A stretch of 64,000 nucleotides of DNA from the NCBI RefSeq assembly GCF_009914755.1, contig NC_060934.1; one strand, 5' to 3'. Of this stretch, positions 1 through 16,499 are shown one piece after another. Position 1 is the stretch's first letter, and each line of letters starts with the position of its first letter. Source of the stretch: the human T2T-CHM13v2.0 reference genome, Homo sapiens. The notes below the pieces were generated by a model. The model did not search any database, was not told where the DNA came from, and worked only from the letters and a program-made list of their open reading frames with translations. The translations under genes were made by a program, and so were the position numbers.

Positions 1-1931
<1,931 letters not shown>

Positions 1932-2689
1932 AAATTCCTCTCAGATCACTCTTCTCGATTAATAGATCCATTTTTTTAACCTTAGGTTAAAATGAGTTTG
2001 CTCATCTTTCACTTTTTCCACCTTTCTCTACCTGACATAGCAGGTTTAGATGGGACCAGTTTATTGCAATATTCACTTTATTAAGATGATCTGGACTTGA
2101 GCAAATTCCTCTCAGATCACTCTTCTTAATTAATGGATCCATTTTTTTAACCTTAGGTTAAAATGAGTTTGCTGGTCTTTCACTTTTTCCACCTTTCTCT
2201 ACTTGACATAGTAGGTTTAGATGTGGCCAGTTCAGATGCAATGTCCTTTGTGTTTCCTTCTATCCATATTTCCAACGGGATGGGTAAGCTTGCTTTTCTC
2301 TCTGGGCTTCTTCTTTGGCTTGTGTGCTGTGACTTGCCCAAGAGTTACAAAGCTGTGGGCTCATATGTTCTCCCCCTGTGTTCGCCTAGGGAACAAAGCC
2401 TGCCTCTTTCTCCATTTGGTTCTAGATGTCCCATAGAAAGCCCCCCTCAGAACGGGTGCCCAAGAAATGTGTGTTAAGAAGAAATCCGATGAATAAGAAC
2501 AGCTTCAACATACCCCACTGCACATCTCAAAGTTCAAGACAGAAAAATTACAACAGTCTTATTTGAGAGATTAATGGATTAGAAAAGCTTATATTATATC
2601 TTTTGTGACATTTTAGAATATTCCAGGGATCATCATATAGATTACATTGATTGATCAAGATGACTATCCTATGAAATCAACTGCAATTA

Positions 2690-2770
2690 ACTATCCTCAT
2701 TTGAAAGATGAGGATCTGGAGGCTCTGAGAGGTTAAGGGTTATTCAAGATCACATAGTTAATATTTTGTG
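2690..2770 (-). mobile_element. MIR fragment
   Basis: MIR core: cctcatttgaaagatgagga...gaggctctgagaggttaag...caagatcacatag. Confidence 0.65.
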
Positions 2771-4262
2771 GTGCCATATCACCTGTTCTTTCTGTCACAC
2801 AACTTAGTACAAGAGAAGTTAAGAGTGAAAATTGCAGGTTGTTTTTTTTTTTGGTGTGCAGCATAAATCCATCCATAGCAGAGTCAAATGGATTACCTGA
2901 CACTGACATGCCCAGTGTATGCTAATGAGAAGCTCAATCATTATTAATGCAAATTATAACCAAAGACTCACTATGTCCTTTATCTCAGGAGGAGACATAT
3001 GTAGGACAAACTCTGGGCATGAAGCTCAGAAATTTAGAGTATCGTTCTGCTTAAACTGCTCATATATTCCATTGGAGTTTATTGGAAATTATTTTTTAGG
3101 GCTCATTTCTGGGTTCACGTTCAGTGCACTATCAATAGCTTCACAGCTGTTTTGGAGAAGATAAGAGACCGTCCATCAGGTTCAATGCTGCTGGTTTGTG
3201 TCATTTCCTCTTAGGAAAACATTTCCTCTTAGGAAAATTGCCCAGAAAAAAAGAAACCTATTCCCAGGGAAAGTTTTAAGAAATTATTCATACTCTTGGA
3301 GGGTCTAGAAGATACCTAGTGATGCTGTCTGCTCTGGAGCTGCACACACGTGAGCTATGCAGCCAGGAGGGATTGATGAGGCACATTAGGGCTAGCAATG
3401 AACTCTGCATGATAAGTCTAGAATGGCAGTGCCCTTCTCCTCTCCTTTCTTTTCCCTCCACCCACCAGCTATTCCAGATCCTCCTAGGCTAAAGGACAAT
3501 GAAGATCTCAGCCTGGGGCAAAATAATGCAGGAGGAGCTTGAACCTACCACAGGGATCCAGGATGACTCCTGGTGAGAAAGGCTGCTTTCAGGAATGACA
3601 GACATCTTACGTGTATCACTTGGGGAATTCATTGATTCAGTCCTTCAGACTATGCCTCAAGTTCCTTAAGGGAGGTATCTGAGAAAATGACAAAGCAAGC
3701 TACTTAAAATGTGTTCATGTGGTGGAAAATGAGCTCGTACCTTTCTTCCCATCTTTATCTCTCTCAAACAGAGGGAGATCATAAACACAATGAATTCAAC
3801 ATTCAAACTTCAGAGAGAAGAATAATGTTCTTTCAATGTCCAGCAGGACCCCTGGTATAAAATTGCCATGCAGCCTGGTGTGACATTAACCCACATAGAC
3901 TAAATTGGAGGCATCAGCTTCAGGTGTTCATGAGAAGGACAGGTTTGCTTTTTGACAGATTAGGCAAAGTCATAGGGCAGGGGTGGTGTCCATGTTGCTT
4001 TGGGTGTTCCATGCATTTTGTGAGGGCTGGGACCTGCATGTGAAGATGTAATTGGAAACTGAAGATTCAGTCAGGCCCTGGGGTCAGAATCCCCAAGGCC
4101 TTTGGCAAATTCTGCCTCCTGTCCTGCCTGTGTGACCAAGTGGTTTTCGCTAAAAAGGCTGTGCAATGCCACAGGGATCACCTCCAGCAAGGAGATTTTC
4201 ATGGCAGCAAAGAACATGGATATATCTTGAGTTTCTTCTTATGGAAGGGAGGTCAACCAGAC

Positions 4263-4693
4263 CTGTAGTGGATACTTTTAGTGTTTCACCTCGAATCTTT
4301 TTTGGAAGGTTGAGCCTGTTCCTTCTGTGAGTGCCAGCAGCTAATGGGGCAAGGACACTGCCCTCCATGGAGGGACCTGCCTCCCCTGGAGATGACCCCC
4401 ATCTTATCTCTTCCGCAGCCCACAGCCAGCAACTGACTCACATGGGAATGTCAAAGGCAGCCTCTTTGCCTCAGGGTGGGATCAAATCTGTGGGGCCACT
4501 TGGAATCCAGAGTTCTTGCGGGATCAGGCTGGAGCTAGTTTCCACCTGATACCATATTCTTGCTTAGCACGTTTTCCCTGCCTCACTCTATTTCCCTCAT
4601 TCTGCTTCTCCTGAGGTTCCCCCTCCACCCAAGAAACCATTTGTGCTAGAGTCCTCAGCTTAAGTTCTGTTTGTAGGAATCCCAACTACAGGC
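4263..4693 (+). mobile_element. ERVL solo LTR (LTR16A-like)
   Basis: Starts tgtagtggatac; contains ccagagttcttgcgggatcaggctggagctag and an LTR16-type 3' end. Confidence 0.7.
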
Positions 4694-7600
4694 AAGAAAG
4701 CTTCGCAGTCAAACACACCACAATGGAGACGCAGCTTCCAATGAGCCTGCCCTAGCCCTAGAACAGCAAAGGGAAGCTGGGAAGCCATGGACTTTCAAGT
4801 TGCAGAAAGCAATGAGGCACAGCACTGAGCACCTTGGAAGCACCCAATAAATCCTGGAGGTCTGACTTGATTGATAAAGCTCCATATTTTCACATGCTTG
4901 GTTATTTGCACGTCAACATTTCTGTTCTCCTCTAAGTCCTCAGGGACCAGTCTCTGCAAGGACAATTAATTTCACTTGCTTACCAGATTTAAGCACAATT
5001 AGTCACTGGGTTTGCCATTAGTTAATGGCAGGCAGAGCTAGCAGAACCATCATTTTTATGTTTGGGGTAGTAATAAAATAAATAAGGCCTTAAGAGAAAA
5101 CCTGACCCTACAGTGGCTGCTGTTTGCAGATGAGCTGAGAAATTAATTTTTCAGCCCCTGTATTTGGACTGAAGATTCTAAACTCTCTTGATGATTTGGG
5201 AATGTGTGACAGAGCTCCTCTGATAAACTCAAAATGGGGCAAACTGATCCCCAAAACAGCCAGAGCCTCCTTAGTGTTAAGCCTGGAATCTATTTCTAAA
5301 ACAAAATCTCAAGGGCCAAACTATTCAACAGGATAAGAGATAAAGTGGGACTCAGGTAGGTAAGTTTTAATTAAGACCAGGGTCTGGGTATGAGGGCTGC
5401 TGGCAGGCCAATAATGCACACCCAGCCAGCATGCCTGGCACACAGTGGCCAGCAAGCAGTGGGAAAAGGGACAGGCATGAGGCATCCTTGTGATTCAGTT
5501 GAGGGGGAGTAGGGATCAGAGCTCACTTAGTTCCTGGATGCATCAATATGGGGAATTGAGAAGAGAGAAAGGAAAGAGAAACAGTAACTTCAATGGAGCA
5601 CCTATCATGTGCTAGATACATTCATATAGTTGTCTCTATTAACCTTTTCAACAGCGTTGTGAAGAAGGGATTGATATTTCTATCTAAAAGCCAGGGGAAA
5701 CAAAGCTGAGAAGATACAAACCTACATCAGATGAATACCCAAGTCTACATGATTTTCAGCCCACCAAGGTTGTACTCTCAATACTTTTCTGGAATTGTAG
5801 TTAGATGGGACCTTCCCTGGAGAGAATGGAGTCGTAAGTTTGACCGGAGTCTCCCCTACGAAGTAGTGTTTATGAGCTGAGCAGTGAGTGAAAAGAGGAG
5901 TGTTGAAGGAAAATAACCTCTAAGAATATTCACGGAAGTGAGAAAAGCATGCACAATGGGGGGAGGTGAAGAGAGACACGCTCCATTTTGTAGCCTGGTG
6001 AGATTAAAGGGAAGTGAGTTCATAGAGTGTATCTTGAGACACTAGGGACAGACATGGTGCCAGAAACGCCCCAGACACCAAGAAAGCACCTGTGTCTACA
6101 GAAGAAGGGATTTAACTGGCACATGTACAGGCAGGATGCTGTATCTCATTCTTTAGTGACTTGGCACTAAAAAGGCAGGAATCTCATTTCTTCACCACCA
6201 GCATTCTGCCCCCAACAACCCTCAGACTCTAAGTTGGCCAAAGCTAAGGCAAGACATGGGGTGGCCTTCCTGGCTCCCTAAGAAGCATTTCAATTGAGGC
6301 CTCAGTTGAGCAGGAAGGTCAGGGTTCTGCTGGGAGGAAAGGGGAATGATCACCTTCCTGCTCGACAAGGTGCCCCAGGAGAAAACCTCAACTGGGATGC
6401 TTCAGCAGAGGAGTGATTTTTTGTTGTTGTTGATATCCTGAAGGAAAAGACCAAAGGCTGGACATAATTCCCTAATCTCTCCTCCACCGGCCTCTTTCAA
6501 AGACACATTCAAAGAGAATTCTAGCTCTGGGCTGTGGTTCTCTTCAGCCCTTTCTCATGCCCTAGGAGCAGAAATTGTTAACTGGGAAGAGTGGACTTCC
6601 CCAAGGTCCAATACCCAAAGATGAGGTCTAAAACTTGGCTGCTGTAGTTGGTGGCCCAGGGAGAGGTCCCATCCCCTCATGTGGTCTCTGCACCATATCT
6701 CTTCTCTACTTGAGTCTCAACATTATTTTCATTTTCTCTAGTCTCCTTAGAGACTTTGCCCCATACATCAGCCCTTCTTTACCTTGCCTCTGGCTACCCT
6801 CTGTCTAAAGACATGATAAGGTCCACCTCATCCTAAAATAATTACTGTAACATCCAGATCTCCCTGGACACCTCCCTTAGCTCTGCCACCACCGCCTCTA
6901 CAATCCTCTTCTCTCCCCTTCCTCTCACCATTAAAGTTCTCAATAATAATATGCCCTCACTTCTGCAACTTTGGTTTGTACTCCTTGTAATTTAAATTGC
7001 ACCCTGAGCATGCAACTAAATTTTTCTCTCAATGGATAAAGGAGAGGGAACTAAACTCAGCCAAGTCCCACGCTGCTGCTTAACATGCATTATTATAGGT
7101 AATCTACACCTGACATAAAACAGACTCTCAAACAACACTGATGATTTAATTTGTCATTTAATCCAGTACTCTTTCTAGCTTCACATGCCCCATCACATCT
7201 AGGGATAGAACATTCTTCTGCCATAACTACCATGGCAGTAATTCTCAGTGGTGGTGGGAGGCAGAGTTTCAGAAGCCTCCAGGGAATTCTGCTTATCAAC
7301 CCCAGACAGACACATCCTTGAAATACCTACTCATTGGAATAGCACAGCATCTCAGCTCCCAGGCTTCTGACCAAGCTCCCAAACCATGGATCTCTCTCAT
7401 CTTCCTCTGCCATACCTAAAATATGACTCCTGTCGAAGGCTTTGTCTGAGCCCTCCTGATTTCTCAGTCTACAGTATATCCAGTAGGAATTCACTAACTC
7501 CCACAATGAAGAATGCATATTTTTGCAGCAGACTTTGAAGGCTCTGAGTTTAGCAGCCCTGACTTTTCCCCGACCAACAGGAGCACATTTCCAGCTGTTC

Positions 7601-8590
7601 CTCAACCCAACCTAAATGGATCTGGGGAGGCCTGCTGGAGGAGGGAACAATTGAATTGACACTTGCAGGACAGATACAGATATCAATGCCCTGGAGAAGC
7701 AGAGGACTAGGGTTTTCCAGGCAGAAGGAACAAGGATGCAGAATATAGGATATGGAGGTAGGGAGCCCTGGTCTGTTAGACTAAATGTCTTACTGGCAGG
7801 AGAATGGAAGTGGATGAGGCAAGAATGTTTCCAGAGAAAATACCATCCTGCTAGCTGAGAAGAAGCAACAAGAAGCTAGTGATAAAACCAAGGCAGAAAG
7901 TATTTAAAAACCAACATCAGGACCCATGACAAACCATCTGTAACAGTCAGTGGGGGGATATTAACACACTCCAGCGCCTGCCCTGAGGCAGCCCCACCCC
8001 CTGCAAGATGCAGCATGACAGAATTATGCAGGCAGTGACCATGATGGGCCTAGGGAGAGGTGGTGGCCAGTGAGTGCAGGCAGTCACGGAAAGAGTCCTG
8101 AGGCCGTGGGCAGGGCATCTCAGGCTCCTATGCATGCAGCACAGTCCCACGTCAGGCCTATACTAACAACCTGCTCCTGCTTTTGATGCCCAAGGCTTCC
8201 TCCAGCCATTCCAAGGAAGCCCTGGAGTTCCTGCAAAATACTGAAGGGTAAACATGAGTACAGAATAAGTGTGTGTGCAGTGGCAGGAGGTGCAGAATGA
8301 GGCTGCAGGCAGACCCAGAAGGGCCCAGCTTAACACCCTTTGCCCTCCTCCTCTTTCCAGGTCACCTCCCACCAGTGTCCAACTCCACCAGTAACCCTCT
8401 GCTGTATTTCCTTCCTCCATTCCAGCTGCCCCTGGCGACTACACCCTCACTCCTTCCCTAGCCCAGGAGTCTACAGCTTCCTTCTCCAGCCTATTCACGC
8501 AGCTCATCTTCCCAAAGTGCCACATGATCATGGCCAACTCCTGATGGAAACTCTCATCCATCTGCCATTCAGCATAGAAATCCCTGACCT

Positions 8591-9274
8591 AAAAAATAGC
8601 AGATGCTGGTAAGGATGCAGAGAAAAGGGAACGCGTATACATCATTGGTGGGATGTAAATTAGCACAAGCCCTATGGAAAACAGAATGGAGATTTCTCAA
8701 AGAACTAAAAATAAGACTACCACTTGATCTAGCAATCCCACTACTGGGTATCTACCAAAGGAAAAGAAGTCATTATATCAAAAAGATATGTGCACTCATG
8801 CTCATGTTTATCACAGTACTACTCACAATAGCAAAGATACGGAACCAATCTAAATGCCCATCAACACGGGCATTATCTTTGACCAGATAAAGAAAATGTG
8901 GTACATATACACCAGGAACTACTACTCAGCCATAAAAAATAATAAAATCACTTTTGCAGCAATGTGGATGGAACTGGAGGTCATTATCCTAAGCGGAATA
9001 ACTCAGAAATAGAAAGCCAAATACCACATGCTCTCACTTACAAGTGAGAGCTAAATAGTGTGTACACATGGGCATAGAAAGTAGAATACCAGACACTGGA
9101 GACTCAGAAGGGTGGCACGGGGCTGAGGGAGGAGAAATTACCTTATGGGTACTATGTATTCTATTTGGGTGATGACTACACTAAAAACCCAGACTTCGTC
9201 ACTACGCAATATATCCATGCATCAAAACTGCACTTGTACTCTCTCAATCTATAAAAGTAAAATTTAAAAAAGAA
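8591..9274 (+). mobile_element. 5'-truncated L1 (L1PB-like 3' end)
   Basis: ORF2 C-terminus and 3'UTR; 15-bp TSD agaaatccctgacct (8576-8590) / agaaatccctaatct (9275-9289). Confidence 0.9.
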
Positions 9275-11974
9275 AGAAATCCCTAATCTCGTATTGCAGG
9301 CCCTCCATGATGTGGCCCAATCTCATGTTCAAGTTGGCTCCCCCCATGAGCCCTGTTCTCCACCTAATCTAAACCCAGGAAAAGAGCAAAGGAACTCTGA
9401 ATCGGGTTCTCTGGCACCTTTTTCATGTCCAACATTGCACCAACATTTTAAAATGTATTATCTATTTTTTTCTAATTCAAACAACACCTATGAAGCAGAT
9501 ATTAGTATTCTTCATTTGTTTCTAGAAAAATAACAAAGAAAAGAAATAGGTTTGGAAAAGTTAGGTTGCCCAAAGTTTATTAATTCTCAAGGCTGGAGCT
9601 CAGACCTTTGTCTGACAGTCTCCACATCTTCTCTTCTTTCCCACGACCCGAGGCTTCCCCAGAGTTCACTGTGGGTCCCCACCCAGGTTTACCCCACATG
9701 CACTGCCTCTTAACCTGGAATGCTCCATGCACTGTCACTTTCTAAATCTTGCACCTTCTTCACAGCCCAGCCCCTTTCTGCCACCGCAGCTGAGGGTAAT
9801 TATTCCCTCCACACCACCTTCAGCCCACGCACCTGACACATCACTCCAGGTTGTTCTGCTGGCATTTCCGCATCTCTCTCACTTCCCATATTAAACAGCA
9901 AGCTGCCCGATGGAGGGTCTTTTGCAAGGACCACAGTATATGGCCTGCCCTCCCCAGACATGCTCAGCGCAGTGTCTGTGCAGAGTGGATGCTCAACCAG
10001 AGTTGAACCAATGCTGGGGTACCTCAGGCAATTCACCCAACATGTGCACTCAGTTTCTTCCCCGGCACAGCACATGCACCAGCAAACACTGAGAGAGCAC
10101 CTGTCCCACCCCTCATGTCTTGGAGTGTTCACTGGGTGGGGCAAGCAGCAGACAGCAACAGATCCTGGATAATAAGAACAAGAAAGACAGACATGCCTTC
10201 TCAGAACCAGCTGGCTTCTCTGCAGCAAGGGACAAGGGTCCCAGGGAAGGCCTTGCAGATGGAAGGAAAAGGCAACACGCTGATATGAGAAGGGTATAGA
10301 GATAAGTCCCAAGACCAGATCTTCCAAGAGCTGTCATATAACAGTGAGAAGTCTCTTCATTTCCTAGATCCTCTGTTTCCTTCAGTGAAATGGAAAAAAA
10401 TGCAATCCCCACATTCCAGAGAGTTGGGAAGATGATATGAGATTTGTTTGTAAGACACTTACTATAGAGTCTAGTGCAGTGTGCAGCAATTATGGTCTAT
10501 GATTAGTAGACCATAGACCTGGTCATAGACCATATGCCTGTTCAACAACAGGCCCTCCAAAAATAGGTAAATACATAAATGAATAAAAAGCCCTGATTTC
10601 TGTGGTGTCATTACTCCCACCATAGACAACTTTACCCTAGCAATGTGATGTCACTGAATTGTCACCAGCCAGCAGCACATCACTGCTTGCAGATCACAAA
10701 AAATTGCCAACTCACTTTGCCACTCTCTCCACCTCCCTATAAACACAGACAAACATCTTTGGTAGGTGGAAAAATAAGCTAACAGCTGTAATTTCCAACT
10801 AGGGTGTGGAGAGGAGATGGAGGCCTCAGACACCCTTCTCCAATGGAGGCCAAGGCCTTCCACAGGCCTGCCTGTGTGGCCTCAGCAACACAGCCTTGGG
10901 CAGATTGAGTCCCTGTATCTGATGTGCAGCCAAGCTCCTGGAATGTAGCTGCTTGGAAAGAATCACAAGCCTGCCTGTTGTGAGAATCCTCTTTAGATGT
11001 GCAAGAAGATTCGCCTTCTGGCATCCCTCCCCAGGGAAGATGGCACATGGCTAGGAAGCCTTTCATTTGTGGTCAGTTTTCACTTTCCAAGGATGTGAAG
11101 AACATCCTACATTTCTACTTTTGTTGTTGTTGTTTTTGTTTTTCAATCAGTACTTAAGTGATACCCAATTCCCATGGTGACAGCCTGGGCCAGTAGCCCT
11201 CGCACTCAGCTTACCATCACTCTCAGATACACAGAAATTATAACAGAGCTTCCTTCTCTGTCTGTCTGAAACTTACTCACCAAGAGAGACCTCACTTTCT
11301 AGCAAGTTCTAGAGGCTTGTTATAGGCATGCAGAGAAAAAAAATAGAAACATAAAATTTCACTGGACAAAAATGAAGATGATTATCTCTTACAGGTGGTT
11401 TGAGGAATGTGTGAGTGTCAAAGTGAATAGGGAGAACTCCATGTCTCTCTCAGTGACAATATGCCAAAACAATTGACGAGATCTCTAGGCCTTAAGAGTG
11501 GAAATTTTTAAAATAGTGCTCTGAAAAAGAAAATAGAAATGAATCTTCACAATACTGTTTTAGAGCTCTTAGATTTGGCATGGGACATAGGCAATGCCTT
11601 GAGGACTGGTGAGCTGAAACATGGCACTGTGGGACATACAAAGGTCATGAAGTCAACTTTGAAGCAAACTGTTTTTCTCCTTTCCTCATTAAAAGCAGCA
11701 GTTGTAAAGAAAATTGCCATGAAATCCTTGTAACTTTAGCTTTTCATGCTCACTGGCCATGAACTGCATTGAAGAACTCTGGTAAAATCTGACCTGAGAA
11801 TAAAATAGAAAACTTAAATATTCCTATAACTATTAAGAAAAACTAAATCCATATTTTGAAACCTTTCTACATTGAAAACTTTTGGCCCAGATAGCTTCAC
11901 TGTAGTGTTCTACCAATTATTTAAGAATGAAATATTTCCAGTCTTCAACACACTCTTACAGATAATAATAGACA

Positions 11975-12368
11975 ATGAAGGTTTTCCCTGTGATAAAGAG
12001 TGTCTAACTGCTCATCTATTTTCTCTCGCTGGGCACAAAGGAACACTACATTCCACAACCTTTCTGGCAGTTAGATTACAGCCATGTGACTAGATGCAAA
12101 TTAATAAAATATGGGCAAAAATTATGTATAAAAATTCCAGAACAGGCCATAAAGTGTTATTTCCCTTTACGTGGAAACTTCAGAAACCATCCATTTAATA
12201 TGGGAGCCTCACAATATGTGCAGATTCTGAATATCTTAGTCATTTTTATGCCAAGGGGGCAACCTAAACTATAATGGACTATGAAGCAAGTCAGAATTAA
12301 TTGTGTTAAGATATTTTGGCATTTAATTGTTACCACAAAATAGCTTAGACTAACTTGACAAATATACA
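11975..12368 (+). mobile_element. Old MLT1-type LTR
   Basis: gcagttagattacagccatgtgactag and an MLT1-like 3' end (ttgtgttaag...ttgttaccaca...aatataca). Confidence 0.6.
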
Positions 12369-12817
12369 TGCCCCTAAAACAATGTATACCACTATCATAA
12401 CTTTCATAACAAAATCTGATAAAGGTGATAAAAGAATGAAAAACTACCAGCCAAACTTGCTTGTAAATATAGAGATAAAAACCCTAAACAAAATATTAAG
12501 AAAATTAATATAGCAATTGTAACCTGAGTTTCTTTCAGAAATGCAAAGTTGGTTTAAAATTAGAACTATCTATGTAATTTGTTATATTCATATATTAAAG
12601 TAGAAAAAACTATAATCATCTTCACAGATATAGAAAAAGCATTTTATAAAATGTAATATTCATCTTAAGGGAAAGAAAATCCTCTTAGCTTCATAGAAAT
12701 GAAAGAATTTCTTAACTTAGTAATGGATATCTGTAAAACATATTAAACATCATCCTAAATGGCAAAATACTAAAAGCTTTTCCTTTGAGAGAAGAAACAA
12801 AATGCATAAGTCCACCA

Positions 12818-13172
12818 TACTATTTAGCTCAGGCTGCCATAATACAATATCATAGACTGGGTGGCTTAAATAACTGCAATTTATTTTCTCACAGTTCTGG
12901 AGGCTGGAAGTCCAAGATCAGGGTGCTAGCCTGGTGGGGTTCTGGTGAAGGTTCACTTTTGGCTTGCAGACTGCCATATCTTCACTGTATCCCACATGAG
13001 AGAAATCTCTTTCTCTTCTTACAAGGCCACAGTCATTTTGCATTAGGGCTCCAGCCATATGACCTCATTTAATCTCAATTACTTCCTAAAGACTCTGTCT
13101 CCAGATATTTACCACACTAGGGGTTAGGGCTTCATCAGATGAGTTTTGGGGAGAGATGTAATTCAGTCTACA
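12818..13172 (-). mobile_element. MLT1A-like LTR
   Basis: ggctgccataa...catagactgggtggcttaaa...ctcacagttctggaggctggaagtccaagatcagggtg. Confidence 0.8.
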
Positions 13173-15606
13173 GCACCCATGATAGCTTTTATTCAACATT
13201 GTACTGGAGGTATTATTTCTTTCATTAAAAGGGGGATAAAATGCTAAAGATTGTAACAAGATCATGATTTTCGCAAATGATATGACTGTGCACACAGAAA
13301 TTCCAGGAGAATTTATAGTTAAGTTATTAAAATTAATAAGCCTATTCAGAAAAGTAACTGGATTTAAAATCAATACACAAAATCAATTGTTTTTCCATAC
13401 ACCAGCTATATAAATGTAAAACATAAAGTAAAATTTACAAGATATCATGAAAATGTCAAATGCCTTGTAATAAATCTAACACAAGGTGTCTATATCTTTA
13501 CAGTAAAAACATGAGATAAGTTAAATTGAGAAAAAGAATGCTTCAATAAATAGACTACCAATTACATGGGTCAGAAAACTCAGTATTATAATGATGTAAT
13601 TTATTTCCAAGTCAATCTGTAAATTCAATATAATGAAACTATCTATGGTAATTTTTGGTAAAACTTAAAACACTGATCCAAAAACATATATGGAAATGAA
13701 AAGATCCAAGAGTAACCAAAATACTCTTAGAGACAAACTAGGTTGGAGACGTGGATATAATAGTTACATAGATTTACTAGGAAGTTAAATAAATTAAAAC
13801 AGTTTGGTATTTTACAGAGATAGACAGACCAAAGGGAGAGAAATAGTAATTCTAGAAACATGCCTACATACTTTATTTATGACAAAGATGACACTGTGCT
13901 GAAGGAAAGCAGTAATTTTCTGATAGGATAGCAATATAGTGTATAGAAAATGTAGCAGAAATAAATATACTATTCATATTAACAATACAGATGTTATGAT
14001 ACATAGTGATGTATTTAATAAAAATGTGCAAGACCTTTATTGAAAAACAATATAAAAGTAACTAAAGAAAAAAAAACTAAATGGAAAGATAGATATACTA
14101 TGTTCATGAATAGAAAAACCCATCGCATAAAGGTGCCAATTATCCCCAAGTCTATTTTGATCTTGTTTATGTGAAATATAAGAAGCTGATTTTCAATACA
14201 TATAAAAGAATAATGCTTCAAGGAAGTTCTGGAAAAAATAAAAAAGATAAGTGTGACAAGCACAAAAGTATTATAGTGCACAGGGAAAAACAAATAGATC
14301 ACTGGAGGAGAAAAGAATGCCCAGAAGGAGTCTCAGTTACATACACAGCCTGCTTATGTGATTGAAGAGATACTGGAAATCAGTGGAGATTGTCAAAGTC
14401 CATGGACTTTACAGCACAAAAAGTAAACTTGAATGCATACTTGAGCCAGTGATTCTATTTCAAGGTATGCATTACAAAGAACACATCCATGTGTTGTTCA
14501 CAAGACATGTATAGGAATGCACACTGTAGCACTGTCAATATTGGCATACTGGCAAAATATTGAAACAATCCAAATGCCAGTGGTGAATAGATAAACATGA
14601 TATGGTTGTATAGTTAAAATAAACTTTACTATATGGTATCTAAATAAATGGACTAGTCCTATATGTACCAAATGTTGATTTTAAAAGGCAATACATAGAA
14701 GATTTCCTACTATTTGTAAATTAGATACAGTTCAATACTACTTATACACATTCTGAAGATATTAAAAGTAAGATGATACATATATTAAATATATTTCTGA
14801 TCTAAAATATCAAAGATATTAAGAAATTAAGAGATAAAATATTTAAAATAATCCTATATTTTATTTACAGATGCATATTATATATATTTTTGTTTGTTAT
14901 ATTACTTTTAATTTTTTTCACATTAAAGTGTTTTCTACAAAACATACAAAGATAGTTAATGAGATGTGAACTATGATAAAAAATACAGGTATTGAACAAG
15001 CACTGAATCTGTTTACACATAGGACCTAATATTTATCAACTCTGGATGATTATGGTTACAAAGAAGAAATATACATTCATAATTTTTGTAACATAAATAT
15101 AACACCAAACAAAAAATGGAAAGTAATACTTAGGGAAATAGGAAGCTACTTGTTTATGTGTATAATAATCTTATCTTCCACAGTGGAGATTAAAATACTT
15201 GAACCCGATAGTTGAAAGTACTGCAACTTCTTCAGTTTTTCAGATGTGACTTTATAAGTACAGAATAACTTAGGATAATTTAGGAACCAATATTTCTTGT
15301 AATAAAAAATATTCAAACTTCAGCAATATCTTTAGTTTTACTTCTATTCATTGTTCCTCAAAGTCAAGTAAAAAAAAAAGTAATGATTTTATTAAGAACA
15401 GGTTTATAAGATGACACTATTTTATTCTCTAGATTACCTCTCTCTATCCATCCAAAAATAGGCAGAGCCAGACACCTGAAATGGTTTTCTCCAAACTGAA
15501 AATATTAATTACTTGGAGAGAGGGAAACATGTTAGTAATTGTTATTTTTTAAAGTTTGAATTTGTATGGTAAGAATAAAAATATTTGCAAAAAAATAATG
15601 TAACCA

Positions 15607-15778
15607 GGACCAGGCACGGTGGATCATGCCTGTCATCACAGCACTTTGGGAGGCTGAGGCAGGAGGGTTGCTGGAGCCCAGGAGATTGAGGCTGCAATGA
15701 GCTAAGATGGCGTCACTGTACTCCAGCCTGGGTGACAGAGCAAGACTCTGTCTCAAATACCAAAAAAAAAGAAAAAAT
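15607..15778 (+). mobile_element. Monomeric Alu (FRAM-like or arm-collapsed AluJ)
   Basis: About 150 bp: Alu 5' start joined to a right-arm 3' end, followed by an A tail. Confidence 0.85.
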
Positions 15779-16499
15779 AGTACAATAATTATATTACAAA
15801 ATATTTAAGGCAATAAAGTACAACATGGCAGAAACAGAGAGTATGAGACGAGGGATTTTAAAAAGAACACAAACGAAGTGGGAAAAGTTCAAGAACAATT
15901 TAAGGAAGAGCAGGCTTTCACCTGGAGGAAATATGAAATTTCAAAAAACAAACAAACAAATTGAGGAACTGAATGTGTGTTTTGGGGGAGAGGGGCTAAC
16001 CTGAAAATAACTGGTTCACTGAGAGTGAAATGACTGTGTTTAAAAGTGTGGGGAATACAGTATATGATTTCAAATGAGGGAGTTGGCTGTGATTGCTGGT
16101 ATGAGAATAGTGCTGGGAAATCCCAGGAAAATAGGATTGTTCAGTCTATTAAGTCAAAACAGATTCACAGAGGAGGGAGCACAGGTTATTGAATGGAAAA
16201 TTCAAGTTTTCCAGGAAGATGAAGTGAGTAAAGTATTCCAGGATAGAAAAGTAAAACAACAAATGCAAAAGCACAGAAAGGAGACAACTTGTGATTGAAA
16301 CATCAGGTGAGTGAGAAGGACTGGGAAGGGGGAAGCCGTGAAGGCAGGCAAGGCTGTCACATCATTGCCTTTGGTGTCTACTGCAGCAGCTTGGACTTCT
16401 CACAGGAGATCACAACAGACTTTCTCTTGGGGAGAAAAGGGGCTGCTGGGAAATAACTTGATTAGTCATTAAAAAGATACTCAGAAGGTATTGGGTGAA

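Larger units (their letters stand above)
11785..14720 (+). mobile_element. Old degenerate L1M ORF2/3'UTR, interrupted by two MaLR LTRs
   Basis: Degenerate ORF2 motifs (ggcccagatagcttcac, tttcgcaaatgatatga = FADD region). Confidence 0.75.

Noticed and set aside
9800-10327. 175-aa minus-strand ORF as a missing GRID1 exon
   Set aside because: No similarity to iGluR S2/M4 sequence or any recognisable domain.
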